A DNA stretch of 64,000 nucleotides from NCBI GenBank assembly GCA_004431415.1, contig QPMI01000163.1, positions 1 through 64,000 on the forward strand. Direction: 5' to 3'. Made by a program: the position numbers and the translations under genes. The stretch's first letter is position 1. The number at the start of each line of letters is the position of its first letter. Shown piece after piece: positions 12,001 to 24,000 of this stretch. The notes beneath the pieces are model-generated. The model searched no databases and was not told where the DNA came from. It saw only the letters and a list, made by a program, of their open reading frames with translations. This DNA comes from Cyanophora paradoxa CCMP329 (lineage: Eukaryota; Plantae; Glaucophyta).

Positions 12001-15000
12001 TTGAATAGAGAATCTCTATGCGAGCATGCCCACAGCGCTACGGGAGGCGGGCACGCACTGCAGGCGTTGGCGTTGGCTGGTGCGACGAACTTGAAGCAGC
12101 TCCTGCGCAAGCGATCGCCGGTCAGCTCTGAGCCTTCTCATCGCTTCGGCGATCGCTAGGCCCTGGTACCGAGTACTCCGGGGCGATCGCTAGCGCGAAC
12201 CGTCGGACGACGGACGCGGCGCCGGCGATCGCTTGAAAAAGGCCCCGGCCCGATCCGAGCCCATGGCCGGCGGGCATAGTGAACATAGTGCCAAAACGTC
12301 GCCCCGAAATCACGGTTTTTAGAAGGATCGGAAGAAAGCGCGCCCAGGCAGGTCCGAGGGGCGGTTCCGGGACGGACCTACTGGCTCAGAGCTGCTTGCG
12401 CTGGGCCCGCCGGGCGACGCCATAGTTGAGAGCTCGAGTCCCTGCGTGCCGCCTTACAGCTGCCGAGGATGGGGCGACGGCTGCAGAATTCGAAGATGAG
12501 TACCTCGGACAAGCGAAAGCGTGTAGCTAGCGCGCCGCCGGCGCCGCGGGTGAGCCGATGAAGCAAGCGATGTGTACTCCTCGCGTGCACGGGCGCGGCG
12601 AAGACGCCTGCGGGGCGGGCGTGGCGCCGCGGGGCTGAGCACGGCGTGCGCGCGGACAGTGCGCATGCGCAGCGGACGGAATTCGCGCGCTGCATGCATG
12701 GCCGGGCGCGCGGAAGTTCCTTTTTTTTCCTATTCTTCCCCCTGCGCTTCTCCCCCTGTTCATTCCCCCTAAGCTAGCCACCGGTGGCTAACTTGCGATC
12801 GAAGGGTACAGAGTTCGGCCTCGTGAAATTGATCTCATACAAAACCAACGATGTCGTAGAACCCTAGACTATAGCTGCATGCGGAATCAGGCTATCTGCA
12901 GTCCTACAAAAGCCTTGCACAGCTGCAGTAGCCCTTTTGCCTGCTCTTCGTTCGCGAAGATGTCAGGACGCCCCGCGCGGGGCGCGCGGAACCACTCTGT
13001 GGACGCGACCACAAATGGTGCGCATGCTGTCGGATCGCGCAGGTGGTGGCCACTGCACACCACCCGACCCAGCGCGCGCAGGGAGAACAGGACCTCCAGG
13101 ACCCGGTCGACCCAACACTTCGCTTTGAATGTAGACCCGGCGGTCGTGCCCAGCCCGTTGTTACTTTTGCGAGCGTCTCGACTCGAGCGCCACCTAACAG
13201 CATATTGAGAGCAGAATCGCAAGATAAGTTGCAGTAAGAAACGCACCGAGCTCAAGAATTGCAATTGCTTCAAAGCATTGAGCTCGTCCAGGGTCCGATC
13301 CCGGCAGTCAGGGGCGGGAGCTCGACGCTGGCGGCCGGCTCGTCGTCGTCGAAGAGGGGCCGCCTGTGTAGGGCGGCCCAGCCCCTGGCGCCCTGTGAAC
13401 GAAGAAGCAAAGGAGAGAGCCGCTCAGGACTCGGAAAGTAAAGAAGCTCAGAGGAAAGACGCTCGCCTTGTCGGAGTCCCGCCCCTCCCCGCACCCCGGA
13501 GTCGGGCTTGACGTTGTAGTTCTCGAGGAGGGGGCGGACGGCGCCGGGGTACATGAGGACCGCCTGCCGCAGGAGGGCGGCGGCAAGGGCCGCGGCAGAG
13601 GGCGGGGGCGGCGCCGGCGAGGCGGGGTCCAGCGTGTGCGAGAAGAGGCGCCGGAGGACCTGCCGCGCTTCAGTCTTAGAGGAGATTCGGAGGGGCGCAG
13701 GGCACCGGCTCGTCGACGGGCGCGGCGCCGCCGTCCCGCGCCACGCGCATGAGCGCGTACGCTGCGAGCCCGGCTCGGCGCCAGGAAAAAAGGGGGGAGA
13801 GGCTAAGTGGGGGTACCCGAGGAGTTGAGGGCGATGGGGAGGAAGAGGGGCGGCTCCCGCCTCGAGAGGGGCGGCTCCCGCACGAACGAGGCGGAGCGCC
13901 CGGGGAGCGCCGGCGCCGCCACCAGCTCCAGAAGGAACTTGTACTCCCTGAAGAAAAATGAGGTGGGGGGGGGGGGAAGTTGGGGGGGGGAAGGTTATGG
14001 GGTACCTGGCGCGGAGGGCGAAGTAGTCGATGCACTGGAGCACCCCCATCAGGTCACTGTCGGGGTCCAGCGCAAGCAGCAGCTTGGCCGTCTCTGGAGG
14101 TACGACGTTCGGTTCGAATCCGAGTAGGGGGGAAGCGGTCGAGGGGGTACCGAGGGAGGTGCGGGAGCAGCCGCCGCGAATGAGCATCTGCAGGCGCCGG
14201 AAGACCAGGCCCTGGGGGTGGCGGGGTGAGTCCGGAGGAGGGTACAGGTTATCCTCGGGGGTACAACGGGTTCTCTGCGCACTTGTTCTCCATGACTGCG
14301 AAGTCAAGGCGGCAGGCGCCGCTCGCCGGCTTGAACTGCGGGTGCCTGCCGGGGACGGAGCTCAAAACCAAGTGAACGAACTGCGGCGCAACGCATCCTC
14401 CACCCCGCCGCGCCCGTGCCCGCGCCCCGCCCCGCACCAGGCTGCCTCGAGGCAGTAGAGGGCGCGGTCGAGGAGCTCGGTCGCCGCGTCCAGCTCGCCG
14501 CTGTACTTGTAGATCTGAGGCCGGCCCGCCGGCTTCAGGCCCCGGGCCAGGCTTCGTGTGCTCGGGGTTCGTGTGCTCGGGGGAGGGCGGGCCCGGGGCC
14601 CGGGGCAGGGCCGGGGGAGGGGCGGGGCCAGGGGAGGGGCGGGCCCGGGGCCCGGGGCGGGGCCGGGGGGAGGGGCACGCCCGGGGCCCGGGCGGGCCGG
14701 GGGAGGGGCGGGCCGGGGGGAGAGGCGGGGCTGGGGAGAGGGGCGGGGCCGGGGGGAGGGGCGGGGCCGGGGGGAGGCGGAAGGGCGGGGGCGGGGCCCT
14801 CCGAAGAGGGGCTGGGAGAGGGGAAGGAGGTCCACGTCCTCTCTTCCCCCCCGAAGAGGGCACTCCGGGGGGTAGGGAGGTCCGCCTCCTCTCTCCGGGG
14901 GTCAGCATGCTGCGGAGACGGGCATAAGACACCGAAAACCAGCGATCGCTTGGCCAATGAGAAGGCTGTGGACGTCAAGCCCGCGGCGACCGTTAGAACT

Positions 15001-18000
15001 GAGAACACAGAAGCGATCGCCGGCCCAGCAGCTCTTTGTTAGAGATCGGATCCGCTGGGTATGGCGCCGAACACAAAGCGATCGCCGAGCAATGAGAAGG
15101 CTCTATGCGCGGGGCAGAGATGTAGCGATCGCATTGAATAGAGAATCTCTATGCGAGCATGCCCACAGCGCTACGGGAGGCGGGCACGCACTGCAGGCGT
15201 TGGCGTTGGCTGGTGCGACGAACTTGAAGCAGCTCCTGCGCAAGCGATCGCCGGTCAGAGAGCCTTCTCATCGCTTCGGCGATCGCTAGGCCCTGGTACC
15301 GAGTACTCCGGGGCGATCGCTAGCGCGAACCGTCGGACGACGGACGCGGCGCCGGCGATCGCTTGAAAAAGGCCCCGGCCCGATCCGAGCCCATGGCCGG
15401 CGGGCATAGTGAACATAGTGCCAAAACGTCGCCCCGAAATCACGGTTTTTAGAAGGATCGGAAGAAAGCGCGCCCAGGCAGGTCCGAGGGGCGGTTCCGG
15501 GACGGACCTACTGGCTCAGAGCTGCTTGCGCTGGGCCGCCGGGCGACGCCATAGTTGAGAGCTCGAGTCCCTGCGTGCCGCCTTACAGCTGCCGAGGATG
15601 GGGCGACGGCTGCAGAATTCGAAGATGAGTACCTCGGACAAGCGAAAGCGTGTAGCTAGCGCGCCGCCGGCGCCGCGGGTGAGCCGATGAAGCAAGCGAT
15701 GTGTACTCCTCGCGTGCACGGGCGCGGCGAAGACGCCTGCGGGGCGGGCGTGGCGCCGCGGGGCTGAGCACGGCGTGCGCGCGGACAGTGCGCATGCGCA
15801 GCGGACGGAATTCGCGCGCTGCATGCATGGCCGGGCGCGCGGAAGTTCCTTTTTTTTCCTATTCTTCCCCCCTGCGCTTCTCCCCCCTGTTCATTCCCCC
15901 CTAAGCTAGCCACCGGTGGCTAACTTGCGATCGAAGGGTACAGAGTTCGGCCTCGTGAAATTGATCTCATACAAAACCAACGATGTCGTAGAACCCTAGA
16001 CTATAGCTGCATGCGGAATCAGGCTATCTGCAGTCCTACAAAAGCCTTGCACAGCTGCAGTAGCCCTTTTGCCTGCTCTTCGTTCGCGAAGATGTCAGGA
16101 CGCCCCGCGCGGGGCGCGCGGAACCACTCTGTGGACGCGACCACAAATGGTGCGCATGCTGTCGGATCGCGCAGGTGGTGGCCACTGCACACCACCGACC
16201 CCAGCGCGCGCAGGGAGAACAGGACCTCCAGGACCCGGTCGACCCAACACTTCGCTTTGAATGTAGACCCGGCGGTCGTGCCCAGCCCGTTGTTACTTTT
16301 GCGAGCGTCTCGACTCGAGCGCCACCTAACAGCATATTGAGAGCAGAATCGCAAGATAAGTTGCAGTAAGAAACGCACCGAGCTCAAGAATTGCAATTGC
16401 TTCAAAGCATTGAGCTCGTCCAGGGTCCGATCCCGGCAGTCAGGGGCGGGAGCTCGACGCTGGCGGCCGGCTCGTCGTCGTCGAAGAGGGGCCGCCTGTG
16501 TAGGGCGGCCCAGCCCCTGGCGCCCTGTGAACGAAGAAGCAAAGGAGAGAGCCGCTCAGGACTCGGAAAGTAAAGAAGCTCAGAGGAAAGACGCTCGCCT
16601 TGTCGGAGTCCCGCCCCTCCCCCGCACCCCGGAGTCGGGCTTGACGTTGTAGTTCTCGAGGAGGGGGCGGACGGCGCCGGGGTACATGAGGACCGCCTGC
16701 CGCAGGAGGGCGGCGGCAAGGGCCGCGGCAGAGGGCGGGGGCGGCGCCGGCGAGGCGGGGTCCAGCGTGTGCGAGAAGAGGCGCCGGAGGACCTGCCGCG
16801 CTTCAGTCTTAGAGGAGATTCGGAGGGGCGCAGGGCACCGGCTCGTCGACGGGCGCGGCGCCGCCGTCCCGCGCCACGCGCATGAGCGCGTACGCTGCGA
16901 GCCCGGCTCGGCGCCAGGAAAAAAGGGGGGAGAGGCTAAGTGGGGGTACCCGAGGAGTTGAGGGCGATGGGGAGGAAGAGGGGCGGCTCCCGCCTCGAGA
17001 GGGGCGGCTCCCGCACGAACGAGGCGGAGCGCCCGGGGAGCGCCGGCGCCGCCACCAGCTCCAGAAGGAACTTGTACTCCCTGAAGAAAAATGAGGTGGG
17101 GGGGGGGAAGTTGGGGGGGGGAAGGTTATGGGGTACCTGGCGCGGAGGGCGAAGTAGTCGATGCACTGGAGCACCCCCATCAGGTCACTGTCGGGGTCCA
17201 GCGCAAGCAGCAGCTTGGCCGTCTCTGGAGGTACGACGTTCGGTTCGAATCCGAGTAGGGGGGAAGCGGTCGAGGGGGTACCGAGGGAGGTGCGGGAGCA
17301 GCCGCCGCGAATGAGCATCTGCAGGCGCCGGAAGACCAGGCCCTGGGGGGTGGCGGGGTGAGTCCGGAGGAGGGTACAGGTTATCCTCGGGGGTACAACG
17401 GGTTCTCTGCGCACTTGTTCTCCATGACTGCGAAGTCAAGGCGGCAGGCGCCGCTCGCCGGCTTGAACTGCGGGTGCCTGCCGGGGACGGAGCTCAAAAC
17501 CAAGTGAACGAACTGCGGCGCAACGCATCCTCCACCCCGCCGCGCCCGTGCCCGCGCCCCGCCCCGCACCAGGCTGCCTCGAGGCAGTAGAGGGCGCGGT
17601 CGAGGAGCTCGGTCGCCGCGTCCAGCTCGCCGCTGTACTTGTAGATCTGAGGCCGGCCCGCCGGCTTCAGGCCCCCGGGCCAGGCTTCGTGTGCTCGGGG
17701 GTTCGTGTGCTCGGGGGAGGGGCGGGCCCGGGCCCGGGGCAGGGCCGGGGGAGGGGCGGGGCCAGGGGGAGGGCGGGCCCGGGGCCCGGGGCGGGCCGGG
17801 GGGAGGGCACGCCCGGGCCCGGGGCGGGGCCGGGGGAGGGGCGGGGCCGGGGGGAGAGGCGGGGCTGGGAGAGGGGCGGGGCCGGGGGAGGGGCGGGGCC
17901 GGGGGAGGCGGAAGGGCGGGGCGGGGCCCTCCGAAGAGGGGCTGGGAGAGGGGAAGGAGGTCCACGTCCTCTCTTCCCCCCGAAGAGGGCACTCCGGGGG

Positions 18001-21000
18001 GTAGGGAGGTCCGCCTCCTCTCTCCGGGGTCAGCATGCTGCGGAGACGGGCATAAGACACCGAAAACCAGCGATCGCTTGGCCAATGAGAAGGCTGTGGA
18101 CGTCAAGCCCGCGGCGACCGTTAGAACTGAGAACACAGAAGCGATCGCCGGCCCAGCAGCTCTTTGTTAGAGATCGGATCCGCTGGGTATGGCGCCGAAC
18201 ACAAAGCGATCGCCGAGCAATGAGAAGGCTCTATGCGCGGGGCAGAGATGTAGCGATCGCATTGAATAGAGAATCTCTATGCGAGCATGCCCACAGCGCT
18301 ACGGGAGGCGGGCACGCACTGCAGGCGTTGGCGTTGGCTGGTGCGACGAACTTGAAGCAGCTCCTGCGCAAGCGATCGCCGGTCAGAGAGCCTTCTCATC
18401 GCTTCGGCGATCGCTAGGCCCTGGTACCGAGTACTCCGGGGCGATCGCTAGCGCGAACCGTCGGACGACGGACGCGGCGCCGGCGATCGCTTGAAAAAGG
18501 CCCCGGCCCGATCCGAGCCCATGGCCGGCGGGCATAGTGAACATAGTGCCAAAACGTCGCCCCGAAATCACGGTTTTTAGAAGGATCGGAAGAAAGCGCG
18601 CCCAGGCAGGTCCGAGGGGCGGTTCCGGGACGGACCTACTGGCTCAGAGCTGCTTGCGCTGGGCCCGCCGGGCGACGCCATAGTTGAGAGCTCGAGTCCC
18701 TGCGTGCCGCCTTACAGCTGCCGAGGATGGGGCGACGGCTGCAGAATTCGAAGATGAGTACCTCGGACAAGCGAAAGCGTGTAGCTAGCGCGCCGCCGGC
18801 GCCGCGGGTGAGCCGATGAAGCAAGCGATGTGTACTCCTCGCGTGCACGGGCGCGGCGAAGACGCCTGCGGGGCGGGCGTGGCGCCGCGGGGCTGAGCAC
18901 GGCGTGCGCGCGGACAGTGCGCATGCGCAGCGGACGGAATTCGCGCGCTGCATGCATGGCCGGGCGCGCGGAAGTTCCTTTTTTTTCCTATTCTTCCCCC
19001 TGCGCTTCTCCCCCTGTTCATTCCCCCTAAGCTAGCCACCGGTGGCTAACTTGCGATCGAAGGGTACAGAGTTCGGCCTCGTGAAATTGATCTCATACAA
19101 AACCAACGATGTCGTAGAACCCTAGACTATAGCTGCATGCGGAATCAGGCTATCTGCAGTCCTACAAAAGCCTTGCACAGCTGCAGTAGCCCTTTTGCCT
19201 GCTCTTCGTTCGCGAAGATGTCAGGACGCCCCGCGCGGGGCGCGCGGAACCACTCTGTGGACGCGACCACAAATGGTGCGCATGCTGTCGGATCGCGCAG
19301 GTGGTGGCCACTGCACACCACCCGACCCCAGCGCGCGCAGGGAGAACAGGACCTCCAGGACCCGGTCGACCCAACACTTCGCTTTGAATGTAGACCCGGC
19401 GGTCGTGCCCAGCCCGTTGTTACTTTTGCGAGCGTCTCGACTCGAGCGCCACCTAACAGCATATTGAGAGCAGAATCGCAAGATAAGTTGCAGTAAGAAA
19501 CGCACCGAGCTCAAGAATTGCAATTGCTTCAAAGCATTGAGCTCGTCCAGGGTCCGATCCCGGCAGTCAGGGGCGGGAGCTCGACGCTGGCGGCCGGCTC
19601 GTCGTCGTCGAAGAGGGCCGCCTGTGTAGGGCGGCCCAGCCCCTGGCGCCCTGTGAACGAAGAAGCAAAGGAGAGAGCCGCTCAGGACTCGGAAAGTAAA
19701 GAAGCTCAGAGGAAAGACGCTCGCCTTGTCGGAGTCCCGCCCCTCCCCGCACCCCGGAGTCGGGCTTGACGTTGTAGTTCTCGAGGAGGGGGCGGACGGC
19801 GCCGGGGTACATGAGGACCGCCTGCCGCAGGAGGGCGGCGGCAAGGGCCGCGGCAGAGGGCGGGGGCGGCGCCGGCGAGGCGGGGTCCAGCGTGTGCGAG
19901 AAGAGGCGCCGGAGGACCTGCCGCGCTTCAGTCTTAGAGGAGATTCGGAGGGGCGCAGGGCACCGGCTCGTCGACGGGCGCGGCGCCGCCGTCCCGCGCC
20001 ACGCGCATGAGCGCGTACGCTGCGAGCCCGGCTCGGCGCCAGGAAAAAAGGGGGAGAGGCTAAGTGGGGGTACCCGAGGAGTTGAGGGCGATGGGGAGGA
20101 AGAGGGGCGGCTCCCGCCTCGAGAGGGCGGCTCCCGCACGAACGAGGCGGAGCGCCCGGGGAGCGCCGGCGCCGCCACCAGCTCCAGAAGGAACTTGTAC
20201 TCCCTGAAGAAAAATGAGGTGGGGGGGGGGAAGTTGGGGGGGGGAAGGTTATGGGGTACCTGGCGCGGAGGGCGAAGTAGTCGATGCACTGGAGCACCCC
20301 ATCAGGTCACTGTCGGGGTCCAGCGCAAGCAGCAGCTTGGCCGTCTCTGGAGGTACGACGTTCGGTTCGAATCCGAGTAGGGGGGAAGCGGTCGAGGGGT
20401 ACCGAGGGAGGTGCGGGAGCAGCCGCCGCGAATGAGCATCTGCAGGCGCCGGAAGACCAGGCCCTGGGGGGTGGCGGGGTGAGTCCGGAGGAGGGTACAG
20501 GTTATCCTCGGGGGTACAACGGGTTCTCTGCGCACTTGTTCTCCATGACTGCGAAGTCAAGGCGGCAGGCGCCGCTCGCCGGCTTGAACTGCGGGTGCCT
20601 GCCGGGGACGGAGCTCAAAACCAAGTGAACGAACTGCGGCGCAACGCATCCTCCACCCCGCCGCGCCCGTGCCCGCGCCCCGCCCCGCACCAGGCTGCCT
20701 CGAGGCAGTAGAGGGCGCGGTCGAGGAGCTCGGTCGCCGCGTCCAGCTCGCCGCTGTACTTGTAGATCTGAGGCCGGCCCGCCGGCTTCAGGCCCCCGGG
20801 CCAGGCTTCGTGTGCTCGGGGTTCGTGTGCTCGGGGGAGGGCGGGCCCGGGGCCCGGGGCAGGGCCGGGGGAGGGGCGGGGCCAGGGGAGGGCGGGCCCG
20901 GGGCCCGGGCGGGGCCGGGGGAGGGGCACGCCCGGGGCCGGGCGGGGCCGGGGGAGGGGCGGGCCGGGGGGAGAGGCGGGGCTGGGGAGAGGGCGGGGCC

Positions 21001-24000
21001 GGGGGAGGGCGGGGCCGGGGGAGGCGGAAGGGCGGGGGCGGGGCCCTCCGAAGAGGGGCTGGGAGAGGGAAGGAGGTCCACGTCCTCTCTTCCCCCCCGA
21101 AGAGGGCACTCCGGGGGGTAGGGAGGTCCGCCTCCTCTCTCCGGGGGTCAGCATGCTGCGGAGACGGGCATAAGACACCGAAAACCAGCGATCGCTTGGC
21201 CAATGAGAAGGCTGTGGACGTCAAGCCGCGGCGACCGTTAGAACTGAGAACACAGAAGCGATCGCCGGCCCAGCAGCTCTTTGTTAGAGATCGGATCCGC
21301 TGGGTATGGCGCCGAACACAAAGCGATCGCCGAGCAATGAGAAGGCTCTATGCGCGGGGCAGAGATGTAGCGATCGCATTGAATAGAGAATCTCTATGCG
21401 AGCATGCCACAGCGCTACGGGAGGCGGGCACGCACTGCAGGCGTTGGCGTTGGCTGGTGCGACGAACTTGAAGCAGCTCCTGCGCAAGCGATCGCCGGTC
21501 AGAGAGCCTTCTCATCGCTTCGGCGATCGCTAGGCCTGGTACCGAGTACTCCGGGGCGATCGCTAGCGCGAACCGTCGGACGACGGACGCGGCGCCGGCG
21601 ATCGCTTGAAAAAGGCCCCGGCCCGATCCGAGCCCATGGCCGGCGGGCATAGTGAACATAGTGCCAAAACGTCGCCCCGAAATCACGGTTTTTAGAAGGA
21701 TCGGAAGAAAGCGCGCCCAGGCAGGTCCGAGGGGCGGTTCCGGGACGGACCTACTGGCTCAGAGCTGCTTGCGCTGGGCCCGCCGGGCGACGCCATAGTT
21801 GAGAGCTCGAGTCCCTGCGTGCCGCCTTACAGCTGCCGAGGATGGGGCGACGGCTGCAGAATTCGAAGATGAGTACCTCGGACAAGCGAAAGCGTGTAGC
21901 TAGCGCGCCGCCGGCGCCGCGGGTGAGCCGATGAAGCAAGCGATGTGTACTCCTCGCGTGCACGGGCGCGGCGAAGACGCCTGCGGGGCGGCGTGGCGCC
22001 GCGGGCTGAGCACGGCGTGCGCGCGGACAGTGCGCATGCGCAGCGGACGGAATTCGCGCGCTGCATGCATGGCCGGGCGCGCGGAAGTTCCTTTTTTTTC
22101 CTATTCTTCCCCCTGCGCTTCTCCCCCCTGTTCATTCCCCCTAAGCTAGCCACCGGTGGCTAACTTGCGATCGAAGGGTACAGAGTTCGGCCTCGTGAAA
22201 TTGATCTCATACAAAACCAACGATGTCGTAGAACCCTAGACTATAGCTGCATGCGGAATCAGGCTATCTGCAGTCCTACAAAAGCCTTGCACAGCTGCAG
22301 TAGCCCTTTTGCCTGCTCTTCGTTCGCGAAGATGTCAGGACGCCCGCGCGGGGCGCGCGGAACCACTCTGTGGACGCGACCACAAATGGTGCGCATGCTG
22401 TCGGATCGCGCAGGTGGTGGCCACTGCACACCACCCGACCCAGCGCGCGCAGGGAGAACAGGACCTCCAGGACCCGGTCGACCCAACACTTCGCTTTGAA
22501 TGTAGACCCGGCGGTCGTGCCCAGCCCGTTGTTACTTTTGCGAGCGTCTCGACTCGAGCGCCACCTAACAGCATATTGAGAGCAGAATCGCAAGATAAGT
22601 TGCAGTAAGAAACGCACCGAGCTCAAGAATTGCAATTGCTTCAAAGCATTGAGCTCGTCCAGGGTCGATCCCGGCAGTCAGGGGCGGGAGCTCGACGCTG
22701 GCGGCCGGCTCGTCGTCGTCGAAGAGGGGCCGCCTGTGTAGGGCGGCCCAGCCCCTGGCGCCCTGTGAACGAAGAAGCAAAGGAGAGAGCCGCTCAGGAC
22801 TCGGAAAGTAAAGAAGCTCAGAGGAAAGACGCTCGCCTTGTCGGAGTCCCGCCCCTCCCCCGCACCCGGAGTCGGGCTTGACGTTGTAGTTCTCGAGGAG
22901 GGGGCGGACGGCGCCGGGGTACATGAGGACCGCCTGCCGCAGGAGGGCGGCGGCAAGGGCCGCGGCAGAGGGCGGGGGCGGTGCCGGCGAGGCGGGGTCC
23001 AGCGTGTGCGAGAAGAGGCGCCGGAGGACCTGCCGCGCTTCAGTCTTAGAGGAGATTCGGAGGGCGCAGGGCACCGGCTCGTCGACGGGCGCGGCGCCGC
23101 CGTCCCGCGCCACGCGCATGAGCGCGTACGCTGCGAGCCCGGCTCGGCGCCAGGAAAAAGGGGGGAGAGGCTAAGTGGGGGTACCCGAGGAGTTGAGGGC
23201 GATGGGAGGAAGAGGGGCGGCTCCCGCCTCGAGAGGGGCGGCTCCCGCACGAACGAGGCGGAGCGCCCGGGGAGCGCCGGCGCCGCCACCAGCTCCAGAA
23301 GGAACTTGTACTCCCTGAAGAAAAATGAGGTGGGGGGGGGGAAGTTGGGGGGGGGAAGGTTATGGGGTACCTGGCGCGGAGGGCGAAGTAGTCGATGCAC
23401 TGGAGCACCCCATCAGGTCACTGTCGGGGTCCAGCGCAAGCAGCAGCTTGGCCGTCTCTGGAGGTACGACGTTCGGTTCGAATCCGAGTAGGGGGAAGCG
23501 GTCGAGGGGTACCGAGGGAGGTGCGGGAGCAGCCGCGCGAATGAGCATCTGCAGGCGCCGGAAGACCAGGCCTGGGGGTGGCGGGGTGAGTCCGGAGGAG
23601 GTACAGGTTATCCTCGGGGTACAACGGGTTCTCTGCGCACTTGTTCTCCATGACTGCGAAGTCAGGCGGCAGGCGCCGCTCGCCGGCTTGAACTGCGGGT
23701 GCCTGCCGGGGACGGAGCTCAAAACCAAGTGAACGAACTGCGGCGCAACGCATCCTCCACCCCGCCGCGCCCGTGCCCGCGCCCCGCCCGCACCAGGCTG
23801 CCTCGAGGCAGTAGAGGGCGCGGTCGAGGAGCTCGGTCGCCGCGTCCAGCTCGCCGCTGTACTTGTAGATCTGAGGCCGGCCGCCGGCTTCAGGCCCCCG
23901 GGCCAGGCTTCGTGTGCTCGGGGTTCGTGTGCTCGGGGAGGGCGGGCCCGGGGCCGGGGCAGGGCCGGGGGAGGGCGGGCCAGGGGAGGGCGGGCCCGGG

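Noticed and set aside
11808-12235. CRISPR-like or guide array from repeated GCGATCGC motifs
   Set aside because: Core is only 8-11 bp, spacing is irregular, spacers are identical between units and no cas-like gene is present; better explained as subterminal motifs
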